The position numbers and the translations under genes were made by a program. A stretch of 64,000 bases of DNA from positions 108,128,001 to 108,192,000 of the forward strand of contig OX597814.1 of the NCBI GenBank assembly GCA_951406725.2. Reading direction: 5' to 3'. A model generated the notes under the pieces. It was not told the origin of the DNA and ran no database searches. It saw only the letters and a program-made list of their open reading frames with translations. Positions 24,651 to 37,300 of this stretch are shown piece after piece. Source of the stretch: Octopus vulgaris. Lineage: Eukaryota. Numbering within the stretch: the stretch's first letter is position 1; the number at the start of each line of letters is the position of its first letter.

Positions 24651-25108
24651 ATCGCTCTCTCTCTCTCTCTCTCACACACACACTATCTTTCATATAGATA
24701 TACATAAATACATATACTTACATCTTTTTTGTGTATATGTGTGTGCGTGTGAGAGAGACTGTATTTCCTCATAACATATAGAGAGATGGATGTCTTTTAA
24801 TGAGTGACTAATTCAGAGAAACATTACTTTCATTATTCACACATTGTCACTCTCATAATGCAACACTGTAATTTTGTTTCAAATTGAAAGTGTGAAACTA
24901 TTTTTACTTTCTAATGAAACTTAATTGTTGTAGAGCAGTGTCTTTCAGATAACTATAGCTGGGTGTTGAGATAACGTAGAAAATATGTAAATGAAAATAA
25001 AGTTTATTTGGTAGCCGAAAGATTACTGAATCTTTTGATTCCCCATACATCAAAATAGGCAACTCAGTTTTCGAATGTATAAGGAACATACGTGCATACA
25101 CACACACA

Positions 25109-25147
<39 letters not shown>

Positions 25148-25429
25148 CACTAGAAAGTTTGGTATATTTTTAATTCCATGTCACATAGGTTTCATTACAG
25201 CACAGGGAATACATTAAGAAGGCCAGCAATATCAAGGGAGGGGGTAAATCAATTACATTGACCCCAGTACTCAACTGGTACTTAATTTATTGACCCTGAA
25301 AGGACAACAGGCAAAGTTGAACTCATGGTGGAATTTGAACTCAGAACATAGCAGTTGAAATACCACTAAGCATTTCACCCAGCATGCTAATGATTTTACC
25401 AGCTTGTCACATAATAATATTATAAATAT

Positions 25430-25775
25430 AACAAGAGCACAAACCTCTGCCAAGACAATACCAATGTCCTCTCAACGATTAGCAAGATGATTTTTAGAAT
25501 GAGAATATCTGAAATAAACTCGATTGCTCTCATAAACGAGAATGCTAAGAATGAACCTGACCGCTCTCATAAATTAAGTAAAAAAAAATAATCCAGAATC
25601 CTTGTATGGTACCAGATCGATCCCAAAATCTAATCAATTCATGCCAGTTACGAGGCCAAACATCCCTGAAAGTTTCATCTGAATCCATCCAGCTGTTCTT
25701 GAGATATCTTGTCCACGGACAAACAAACAAACAAACACAACTGAAAACAATACCTTCGCCAAGGCGGAAGTAATA
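25430..25775 (-). mobile_element. Helentron-associated (DINE/HINE-like) non-autonomous element
   Basis: Minus strand starts ttattacttccgccttggcgaaggtattgttttc, has a (GTTT)n tract, and carries a distal subterminal inverted repeat ttggcagagg. A related fragment lies at ~15525-15680. Confidence 0.6.
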
Positions 25776-27899
25776 AACCCATAATAAGTAGATACATGTA
25801 GAAAACATGTATGGGATCTCCTATGTGCAATTCCCCAGACAAAGGTTAAAAACTAACAGTATTATGGATGTTTGACAAGCAGCAGCGACTCCTATCTTCC
25901 CACCGAACTAATGCCTATGTGATAAATGTAAACACTAAATTTTACTGAAGGGAGGGAGTGGGAAGTTGCTTTTTAAAACCAGACAAAACAAAAATAAACT
26001 TTTGAATATTAATTTAGGAGAAATTCACAAAGAAAGTTTGTCTTGAAACAATTCCTTACAAGAAATGAATTAGAACAGATCACATGAAGTGTTACGACAC
26101 TTCGGAAGAAAATATTGGAAATTTCATAAAATGGTTTTGTTTTGGAAACCAGACAGGGGAAGAAGACGGAGAAATAAGGTTTTTCATGACAGTGTATTAC
26201 TGGTATTGTATCAGTTGCAATGGATCAAACCTATGACATACAAGTAATCAGTTAAACAACTGTGGTGCACCATGACACATTTTCCTCACCATGTTATTTC
26301 TTTTCTGGCTGGTCAGCCATTTGGACAGCAAGAGATCTGTTCCAGCCCCCAACCTCTTCTGTCATCACTTGGCATAAAACCACTTCCTTCAATACTACAC
26401 CCCCCCCCCCACTCACAACTGAAGGAGTCTTGTCTACCAAGTTACTTGGTGACCGCACTAGTGCCATGCAAAAGGCACTTTTTAAAATGGTTGGCATTAA
26501 GAAAGGTGCATCCAGCTGCCGAGACCTAGCCAAAACAGACAATGAAACCTGGTGTGGCTCCTGGCCTTACCTGCTCCAGTCAAACCATCCAACCCATGCC
26601 AGCAAGGAAAAATGGACGTTAAATGACGACGATGATGATAGATCTGTTGTTTTAAATAGACCGTTCGTCAGCTTAGTTGAGGTCTTTACACTCTGGCATG
26701 CAAGTTAATCATTGAGCATGCCAGGTGGCAGTCCAAGTATGCTGCCTTCACCCCACTCCTTTCATGACACCCTATCAAGTTTGTTTTTGCATCTCTGTGC
26801 ATCCTGAAACAGGCCACAACAGATGTGGTCATGCTGGACCCATTCAGAGCACAGCAGCTGTTTCTATGATGTCCCTATCATGTTAGTATTCTCACTTGCC
26901 TTAAGGAGTGAATCCAAAACCACTCAGTTGCGAAGCAATCTTCTTAACCACACAGCCATGCTGGTGCTGTATACCTGCACAACCCTTTCTACAATAGGCA
27001 CACGGCCAGAAATTTTGTGGGGAGGGGGCTAGTCGATTACATTAACCCCAGGGCTCAAATGCTACTTATTTTATTGGCCCCGAAAGAATGAGAGGTGAAG
27101 CTGACCTTGGTGGAATTTGAACTCAGTAACAAACCAGAAATGTTGCTAAGCATTTTGTACAGCATGCTAACGTGTCTATCAACTCCACTATCAGCATACA
27201 ATATGTAAGAACTATATCTTCTTTTATCTGTTTCAGTCATTAGACTGTGGCCATGCTGGAGGTACTGCCTTAAAGAATTTCTTCTAGTCAAATGGATCAA
27301 CCCCAATACTTATTCTATTGATCTCTTTTGATGAACTACTAAGTTATAGGGATGTAAACACACCAACACTTGTCAAATGGTGGTATGGGACAAACAGACA
27401 CAAAAACAAACGCACAGACAGGCATGAGCTTTTCAGCTTCTTATTTCTTTATTGTCTACAAGGTGCTAAACATAGAGGGGGACAAACAAGGACAGACAAA
27501 GGGATTAAGTCGATTACATCAACCCCAGTGCATAACTGGTACTTAATTTATTGACACCGAAAGAATGAAAGGCAAAGCTGAATTTGAACTCAGAACGTAG
27601 CAGCAGACGAAATACCGCTAAGCATTTCGCCTGGCGTGCTAATGGTTCTGCCAGCTCGCCACCTTAAAGCTTTTCAGTTTCTACCTACCAAATCCACTCA
27701 CAAGGCTTTGGTCAACCCAAGGCTAGTGTGTGTGTGTGTGTGTGTGTAGGACTGATTTAAACCTTGCTCAAGGTTCCATGCAGGACTGAACTTAGAACCA
27801 TTTGGTTGGGAAACAAGCTTCTCACTACACAGCCACACCTGTGTATATATATATATATTTCATTTTGTTCCTCTTGTTATTTTTAATTTACTGTACAGT

Positions 27900-28260
27900 A
27901 AAGACTGCTGTCTATGGTCTGTTCCGTATGGAACGGACATTAACAAAACTATTATCATAAATAGTTTAGAAGACTTTGAGAAGTCAGCATATAGAAAACT
28001 TACGAGAATGTCTTGAAGAGAAAATAAACCAGAGAAGGAAGAAGAGTGGAAAAGAAAGAAAGAAAAAAAAAAGACAACCAAACTATTATCAGACAGAATC
28101 AAAGAGAGAAAACCAAAACGTTTTGGACACTTAATTAGGAAAAGAAAAAAAAGTTCATAGAGTCTTTTAATAGCCGGCAGAATGAATGGGAAGACGAGAA
28201 AAGTAAGAATTAAGCAGATGGAAAATAGGAAGAATTGGACAGACAATGTAGGAATGAATA
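27900..28260 (+). mobile_element. RTE/BovB-like LINE C-terminal fragment
   Basis: LEDFEKSAYRKLTRMS*..DRIKERKPKRFGHLIR..LIAGRMNGK. Confidence 0.6.
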
Positions 28261-31200
28261 TATCATGAGAGCAAAACAAAGACAAAGAGAGGCAGGACAT
28301 TGAACCTGCTGAGAGAGAATTCTAATTAAGAGGGGGGGAGAGTGCCGTTATTTTCAGATATTATAAATTTATGGTTGCTTAACCCTTTAGCATTCATATT
28401 ATTCTGTCACAAGTGCCAATGATTTCGCGTTGCTATTGTGGTGGTTGTGGTTAGCTGCTGGTGATGAAAGCGTCTTTCTTGGGGCTGTGTGTGGAAGTGA
28501 TTAACAACACACAAACAATTAAGAGATTTTATTTACTGCATAGAGTGTTTTAACTTTGTTGGTCTTTTGACAGAAGATAATAGTGACATTTACAGAGAGA
28601 GAGACATAAGACTGGAATTCAGGACAGTTTAACCAAATGTGCTACAATTCATGGTGACAAAATCATGGTGCCTTCCATTTGCCAGTGATTGGTGAAGAAA
28701 TGGGAATGGAGATGTTGAGTGGTGGTCTCAACACTCTGGGGTTACTGCCAAAAAACATTTTCATATAAGGCTCAAAGAGAAAGTTTAAGGAAGTTGACTC
28801 ATACAATGGCTTGACACTGATTGGCCAGTCAATTGGACAATCACATGAAACTACTGGGGCTTGGTCATGATGTCTACTTGGCTAATCAGTGGTTTGGTTT
28901 CAAATCTGCTACAGAAGTAATACTTGTTTATTCTCATCATCAACATCATCGTTTAACGTCCACTTTCTATTCTAGCATGGGTTGAACTTTTGACTAAGGG
29001 CTGGCGAACCAGATGGCTGCACCAGGCTCCAATCTTGATCTGGCAGAGTTTCTACAGCTGGATGCCCTTCCTAACGCCAACCACTCTGGGAGTGTAGTGG
29101 GTGCTTTTTACGTGCTGCCAGCACGAGGCCAGTCAGGTGATACTGGCAATGACCTCGCTTGAATCTTTTTACACATGCCACCAGCACAGGTGCCAGTAAG
29201 GCGACGTTGGTAACGATTACGCTTGAATGGTGCCCTTTTATGTGCCAGTTGGCTGCTCTGGCAAAGATCACACTCAGATGGTGCTCATGCATTATCTTGT
29301 AGCTTTGAGATTTTGCAGAGGTACCTTAATTTTTAGAATGGCATTGTAGGGTTGGTATGAGAGGCCAGATCTGGCCAGTTTGAGCATAAAAAAATTTTCT
29401 ATTTCTGAACAGTTAACCCTTTTGCATTTAAACCAACCATATCCATCCAAAATATTCTAATGAATAGAATTGGAACAGCTTGTAACAACAATTCATTAAT
29501 ATTCACCCATATTTCTAAGGCCACAAGCTGGCAGAATTGTTAGTATGCCGGGCAAAACGCTTAGTGGCATTTCAGCCATCTTTACTTTCTGATGAGGTTG
29601 ACTTTGCCTTTCATCTGTTTGGGGTAAATAAAATAAGTACAAGTTGAGCCCTGGGGGGCCAATGTAATCAACTTCCCTCTGCCTTGATCTTGCTAGCCTT
29701 GTGCCAAAAATTTGAAACGAATATTTTACTACATTTCTGTCCAAGTACACCAACTTTTTATGTTAATTATTAAAAAAAAAATAATGGAGAATTTAGTAAA
29801 CTATAGTAAATTATTTTGTTTTTATTATGTATTTCAAGCATAAATTAACATGAAATTTTAATGAAAGGTTTTAATTTAGATCATTTCAAAACAGGAAGTT
29901 TGTATAATAAAACCAGGGCTAGTCTCAGAAGGGTTGTTGCATTAATCCTTTTGTTACCAACCTACCTGAAACTGCCTCTGGCTCTGTAGTACAAATGTCT
30001 TGTTTTCATAAGTTTTGAATTAAAATCTTCCACCAAACCTTAGTCACAATTTCTGTTCCTAACAGTAGCTTAATGATAACTAAGATATTTTACTAAATTC
30101 TTTCTTATATTTAAATTAATTGAAAGAAATACAGAGCATCTCAAAATAAATACAGTAACGAAAGGTTTAAAAGTGTTGAACAGCCATTTTACCAGTCACT
30201 CCTTGTGTTGATTAGAACACATATGAAATTGAACTGTTTTTGGGTGTGGGGTAGAATATTTGTTGGGTAACAGACTAATGTATGATCTAGCACTGAAGAT
30301 GCAGTAGTACTGAAAGAGAGAGAGAGAGAGAGGGGCAAGGGAGAAAGAGAAAGGGGAATGGATAAACTGAGTGGCATGTGTGCGTGTGTGTGTGTAGGAC
30401 TGATTTAAACTTCACAGGCTTTTTGATCTTTTACTTGTTTGTCACTTGACTGTGGCCATGCTGGGGCACTATCTTGAAGGATTTTAGTTGAATGAATTGA
30501 ACCTGGTACTTCCTCTATTAGTCTCTTATGCTGAACCCTTATGTTAGTGGGGGACATAAACCCACCAACATCAAATGTCAAGAAGTGTTGGGGAGAAACA
30601 CACACACACACACACACACGACAAGCTTCTTTCAGTTTCCGTCTACCAAATCCATTCACAAGTCTTTGGTTGACCTGAGGTTGTAATAGAAGACACTTGC
30701 CAAGGTGCCATGCAGTGGGACTGAACCTGGAACTATGTGGTTGGGAAGCAAGCTTCTTACCACACAGCCATGCCTATGCATAGCTGTGAAAAACAAAGTC
30801 ATGGCTGTGTGGTTATGAAGTTCACTTTCCGACCACATGCCCACTGCATGCCACCTTGGGCATGTCCACTGCATGCCACTTTGGGCATGTCCACTGCATG
30901 CCACCTTGGGCATGTGGGCTGCTTTTATAGCCTGAGCTATTTAATTAAAATGTGACAGGTTTCACCACAATGTTACCAAAATGTGTATTTTTTTTATAAG
31001 ACAGTACAAAAAAGTGCAGATATGGCTGTGGGGTTAATAAGCTTGCTCTACAACCATGTGGTTTTGGGTTCAGTCCCACTCTGCAGCAGCTTTGGTAAGT
31101 GTCTTCTACTACAGTTCTAAGCTGATCAAATCCTTGTGAGTGGATCTCATAGATGGAAACTATGACAGTCTGACATGTGTGTGTATCTCGTCTGTATGTG

Positions 31201-32684
31201 TAAGGAGTCTGTTCCACAGTCACTACTCCTTGACAACCAGTGTTGGTTTGTTTACATCCTCATAACTTAGCAGTTCAGAAAGAGAGACAGATAGATTAAG
31301 TACCAAACTTTAAGAAAAACAAGTACAGAGGTTGATCTATTTGACCAAAATCCTTCAAGATGGTACCCCAACATGGCCACAGTCAAACAACTGAAATAAG
31401 TAAAAAAAAAAAAAAAAAAATCTCTCAAACACAGAACTAATCTACATAAATGATAGCAATTAATTATTCTAACAAAATCTATTAAAATATTCATCAACTT
31501 AATTGACTTTCAGTTAATTGGTTTCATAATGACCCTCTCACTTTAAGTTAGACCTCATATGAACTTCGTTAATTACCATTTAGCAAATGGCTCAGCAAAT
31601 ATTAAAGGAATATTTTCTATTAAGAAAACTGAATTCACCATTGATCTTAATCTCTTTAACAGAAAAAAGAAGTTTGTTTCCCAACCATATGGTTCCAGGT
31701 TCAGTCCCACAGTGTGGCATCTTGGGAAATTGCCATATACTATAGCCTTGGGCCCACAAAGCCTTGTGAGTAGATTTGGTAGATAGAAACTGAAAGAAGC
31801 CCATCATATATATGGGTGTATGAGTGTGTGTATGCACGCATGTATGTGTGTGTGTGTTTGTTCCCACCATTGCTTGGCAACTAGTGTCAGTGTGTTTATG
31901 CACCTGTAACTAAGTGGTTCAGCAAAAGAGACTCATAGAGATCATCATCATCATCATCATCGTTTAACGTCCGTTCTCCATGCTAGCATGGGTTGGACGG
32001 TTCGACCGGGGTTCTGGGAAGCCAGAAGGCTGCACCAGGCTCCAGTCTAATCTGGCAAGGATAATTACCAGGCTGAACAAAACTAAGCACTGGGGTTGAT
32101 TCATTTGACTAAAAATTCTTCAAGGTGGTGCCCCAGCATGGCCACAGTTTGGTGACTGAAACAAGTAAAAGATACAGCAACAAAACGCAAAAAACATTCT
32201 GTAAGAAAGTTTATCTGAAACTCAAAAGAAAACCATATATTCTTGAAGAGATTCTGTAGAAGAAATATGGTAAACAGATAGAGAACGGTCAGTAATAAAG
32301 TTTAGGAAGAAGAAAAAGAAGAAGAGTCTGATGGGAATTAATGTTGGATTAGTATTTAGAAGGAAATGGTAAGTTGGTGTAAATAGAATTTCAGGCTAAT
32401 GTTTGTTGTTTCAACTGTTTGCCACAGAACTATATAATGAGGAAGTTGGGGAAGTTTCTATTTTTAACTTTCAAGAAAATTTTTTAAAAATTAATTTTGA
32501 AAGACGACTCCATTTTTTGGATCCTTAATAAAACAACTGAAGTCATTTAGCTTGGCAATACAGTACTCCTTCTCTCTCTCCCCTCTCTCTCTCTACATTC
32601 ACAAGGATAAGATCGTTATTTAAATATCGATCTTATCGAGTGGCCAACATGGGAATAAAAACTTCAAAGGTAATAATTATTATT

Positions 32685-32835
32685 AAAATTATAATTTAGG
32701 GTATCTAAGAGATACCACCACACTTGAAATGGCAGCCAAAACTTGACTCTAAACATTTAATGTGGTTTTAGAGTCATATTTTGGCTGCTATTTCCAGCGT
32801 GGTGGTATCTCTTAGATACCCTAAATTACAATTTT
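32685..32835. repeat. ~150-bp hairpin/palindrome
   Basis: aatttagggtatctaagagataccaccac...gactctaaa pairs with tttagagtc...gtggtggtatctcttagataccctaaatt. Confidence 0.85.
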
Positions 32836-34582
32836 ATATATATATAATCATCACCATTATTTGACGTCCGTAGTCCAAGCTGGCATGGGTTGGACAGTTT
32901 AATTGGGGCTGGTAAGCTGGAAGGCTGCACCAAACTCCAGTCTAATTTGGCATGGTTTCCTACAGCTGGATGCCCTTCCTAATGCCAACCACTCCAAGAG
33001 TGTAATGGGTGCTTTTATATGCCACCAGTATCTGCCATGACTGCAATTTTGCTCGGCTTGATGGGTCTTCTGAAGCACGACATAATGCCAAAGGTCTCAG
33101 TCATTGTGGCTATGTAGTAAGAAGCTTGCTTCCTAACAATATGGTTCTGGGTTCAGTCCTGCTGCTTGGCACCTTGGACAAGTGTCTACTATAGCCTCAG
33201 GCCTTGTGAGTGGATTTGGTTGACGGAAACTGAAAGAAGATTGTCATATGTGTGTGTGCATCTGCCCACCCCCCACTGCTTGACAACCAGTGTTGGTGTG
33301 TTTATGTCCCCATAACTTAGCAGTTTGGTAAAAAAGATCAACAGAATAAGTACCAGGCTTAAAAAAATATATGCTAGGGTTGATTTGTTCGACTAAACAG
33401 AAAAACCTTCAAGGCAGTACTCCAGCATGGCTGTAGCCAAGTGACTGAAACAAGTAAAAGATCCCCAACTGGCTCCTGTGCCAGTGGCACGTAAAAAGCA
33501 CCATCCAAACAGTGCCGCCTGATTGGCTCCCATGCCGGTGGCACATAAAAAGCACCCACTACACTCTCAGAGTGGTTGGCATTAGAAAGGGCATCCAGCT
33601 GTAGAAACACTGCCAGATCAGATTGAACCTGGTGTGGCCTCCTATCTTGCCAGTACCCAGTCAGCCCATCCAACACATGCCAGCATGGAAAACAGACATT
33701 AAACGATGATGATGAGGGTTAAAATCCGAGCTGTGCCCACTTGAAGCACTTCTGCTTATTCTAGTATTCCAAATCCGTATGGAGAGGTTATATTTGCCTG
33801 AAGTGCACAGAAGAGTTGAAAATACCAGGAAATATTTTCTGTGGAGTAATAACCTCAAAGCAAGAATATTATTTGATTCTCTGCCAGAAGAATTTCTAAT
33901 AGGAGATATCTGACAAAATTGTACATGTAGTGGAAAGCATGTCACCCCTATTAGCAAATGGAACACATGTAAAACTGAATAAATAATAACAAAAAATTTT
34001 CCATTCTTCTGTTTTGAGATTACATATATTTTTGTGCTTCTATGTGTTTCAGTGATTTGACTACAGCCATGCTGGAGCCCTGCCTTTAAACAAATTGCCC
34101 CTAGGACTTATTTTTTGTAAGCCTAGTACTTATTCTATTGGTCTCTAAGTGATGGGGATGTAAACACACCAACATCAGTTGTCAATTAATGATGGGGGAA
34201 CAAACACAGACACGCAAACATATACACACTCCTGAAGTGGTTGGCGTTAGGAAGGACATCCAGCTGTAGAAACTTTGTCAGATCAGATTGAGCCTGGTGC
34301 AACCTTCTGGCTCGCCAGTCCTCAGTCAAACTGTCCAATCCATGCCATGGCAAGCGGATGCTAAACGACGACGATATATATATATATATATTTGACAGGC
34401 TTCTTTTCGTTTCCGGCTACCAAATTCACTCACAAGGCTTTAGTTGGCCCGAGGCTATAGTAAAAGACACTTGCTTAAGCTGCCACACAGTGGGACTGAA
34501 CCTGGAACCATGTGGTTGGGAAGCAAGCTACTTACCACTCAACTATTCCTGCATATATATATTTTAATTATTTATTTATTTA

Positions 34583-34765
34583 TTTTAAAAGGTTAATACA
34601 GAAGACGGTGTGTAACTAGAAGCATTTATTAGCACAACAATCGTTTTGGCTTCATACTGCATCTTTCCACGACCACGAGGGTGCAGTGCAGTATGAAGCC
34701 GAAACGACTGTTGTGTTAATAAATGCTTCTAGTTACAGTCCGCCTTCTGTATTAATCTCTTAAAA
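34583..34765. repeat. Foldback with ~80-bp arms containing a hammerhead 3' half
   Basis: Arms 34583-34661 and 34687-34765. The right arm reads ...gcc-GAAA-cgactg-TT-gtg...aataaa. Confidence 0.8.
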
Positions 34766-35356
34766 CATATACTATGTGCACCTTGGAATTTTGGACATAG
34801 ATCCAATGATGAACACAGAGTATCACTGATGACACCTGGCAGCCAGAAGTGGTGAACATGCTCCACAGACACACTACCTTGGACTTACTCTGAAACAAGG
34901 TTTGGATCCTGCATTTAACACCTGCTTTCTAAACCTTAATTCTTTCATTTTGAATTCGACATATTACACCTACACACATTTACATATTTAATCTATATTA
35001 GTTAGTCCAACAAAATATATTGTTTCACCTATGACTCATCATCAGGAACTAATAATTATGAATTAAATGTCTTTTATCCACTCCTAAACTTATGTTTGCG
35101 TAGTTTGTTCTAAGAGGCCGGACATAGCTTATTTGATCTGATCACTCCCTTGGAAAATATGTTTGTATGTGTGCATGATGTCTTATTGTCATTACTATAC
35201 AGGCGCAGGAGTGGCTGTGTAGTAAGCAGCTTGCTTCCCAACCACATGGTTCTGGGTTCAGTCCCACTGCATGGCACCTGTGTCTTCTACAATAGCCTCG
35301 GGCCAACCAAAGCCTTGTGAGTGGATTTGGTAGACAGAAACTGAAATGAAGCCCGT

Positions 35357-35405
<49 letters not shown>

Positions 35406-36262
35406 TTATTAATTTGACAACCGATGCGGGTGTGTTTACATCCCTGTAATTTAGTGGGTCGGCAAAAAGTGATCGATGCAATAAGTAATTGGCTTACAAA
35501 GAATAAGTCCTGGGGGTCGATTTGCTCGACTAAAGGCGGTGCTCCAGCATGGCCACAGTCAAATGACTGAAGCAAGTAAAAGAGTAAAGAGTATACTAGG
35601 AAGAAGAATACACACACACACACACACACACTTAAATGCATATACACACCCACACTTTTTGACTTATGATTCCAATGTTTTTACAGGATTTGAATAACCA
35701 GATTATTCTATTCTATTCCCCAGAGACTAAAATTACCAATAACTCACCACAAAGTTCTAAAATATCAGTAATTTTGGTCTCCAAAGACTAAAATGAATAA
35801 CTAAAAACTAAACTAATGTAACCTAGCCACAGAAGCTGTGAATGAACTTAGAAAATATTTGCAGCTTTGTGATAAAATGGTTTCATGATTCTATAACTGA
35901 AAGTGGTTTAGGACAATATGGGATACATTTCCTTATAATATAAGTGCAGGCATATAGTGACAAGCTGGCAGAAACGTTAGCATGCTGGGTGAAATGCTTA
36001 GTAGTATTTCATCTGCCTTTATGTTCTGAGTTCAAATTCCGCTGAGATTGACTTTGCCTTTCATCCATTCGGGGTCGATAAATCAAGTACCTGTTGCACA
36101 CTGGGGTCGATCTAATCAACTGGCCCCTTCCCCCAAAATTTTGGGCTTTGTGCCTAGAGTAGAAAAGAATATAGGTGCAGGCATGAATGTGTGGTTAAGA
36201 AATTTGCTTCCCAGCCAAATGGTTCTGGGTTCAGTCCCACAGTGTGACACGGTGAGCAAGTA

Positions 36263-36569
36263 CTATTCTATATTTTAGAGATGAGGAATTATGTACATTG
36301 TTTATAATTGACGGACAGGGGTCCTCACCTTGTTTGTTGTTACCACAATGTTTCAGCTGATGTACTCTTCAGCCTTCATCAGGTGTTATGGTGGAATTTC
36401 CAACCCTTTATTTGACTAATGGGGTACTCTGTTCTCATTCCTAAGGTGTAAGAGCTCAGGCTACTAACCCTCGTATTCTAAGTTCAATCTCAGGCAGGGA
36501 TTTGAAAATAGCATCACCAACATACCTTAAGAATGAGACAAACAGTGTACCCCATTAATCAAATAAAGG
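36263..36569 (-). mobile_element. tRNA-headed hammerhead element, copy 2 (head inverted relative to tail)
   Basis: Minus-strand tail aacac-CTGATGA-a-ggctg..cagct-GAAA-ca-TT-gtggt (36342-36387). Plus-strand head taagagctcaggctactaacc..agttcaatctc (from ~36449). Inverted repeat 36405-36447 / 36524-36569. Confidence 0.65.
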
Positions 36570-36607
36570 TGGAGGCACATGGCCTAGTAGTTACAGCAGT
36601 GGACTCG

Positions 36608-37300
36608 ATATGCTTGATATGCAGAAATGAGGTGGGTGGAAACTCCATACACAGTACTTGGTGTAAGCAATGGACACACCAAAGGTGTAGTGGAATCATT
36701 GGCAGACTGTCTAAAAAATGTAAGCTTCATGTCTGGTAGATGCACTGAAGCAGTTTGGATGAACCAAAAACAGTCTCTTAAACACCAAGATGGCTTACTG
36801 GATGTAGTCAATAGGTTTTGTTACCTGGGATACATAATTTTCAAGGGAAGTGGTTGCTCAGGTAGTATAGTAGCTTGAGTGAGAACCTTTTGGAAAAAAA
36901 AAAGTTTAGAAAGCTACTACCACTACTAAGAACAATGTTCTTTTCCCTAAGAGTAAAAGGTAGACTGTATGATGCTTGTGTCAGAACTGCAATGTTGCAG
37001 GGAAGTGAGACATGGGCTTCGAATGTAGAAGACCTGAGAAGACTGAAAAGAAAGAAAGTGAGCAAGATCTGTTGGATGTGCAATGTGAGTGTGCATGAAA
37101 GGGTTAGTAGAAAGGCACTGGGTGAAAAAACGGCATAAAAGGTATCAGATGCTGTGTTTGAGAAAGAAGACTGCATTGGTATGGACATGGGTTACGTATG
37201 GAAGGAGGACAGGTGTTTAAAGAAATGCTGATTGCTTAATGTGGTTGGAATTTACAGAAGACAGAAACCCAAGAAGACATGGGATGAAGTAGTTAAGGCC
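36608..37300 (+). mobile_element. RTE LINE 3' fragment with PHD finger
   Basis: CLICRNEVGGNSIHSTWCKQWTHQRC..., LDVVNRFCYLG, KGRLYDACVRTAMLQGSETW. Confidence 0.88.

Noticed and set aside
34806-34893. C/D snoRNA-like boxes (ATGATGA...CTGA) and a CTGATGA..GAAC motif
   Set aside because: No terminal stem adjacent to the boxes, no recognisable guide, antisense to the host gene, and the hammerhead GAAA is missing.
35015-35050. Minus-strand CTGATGA...GAAA
   Set aside because: No credible stem I or stem II.
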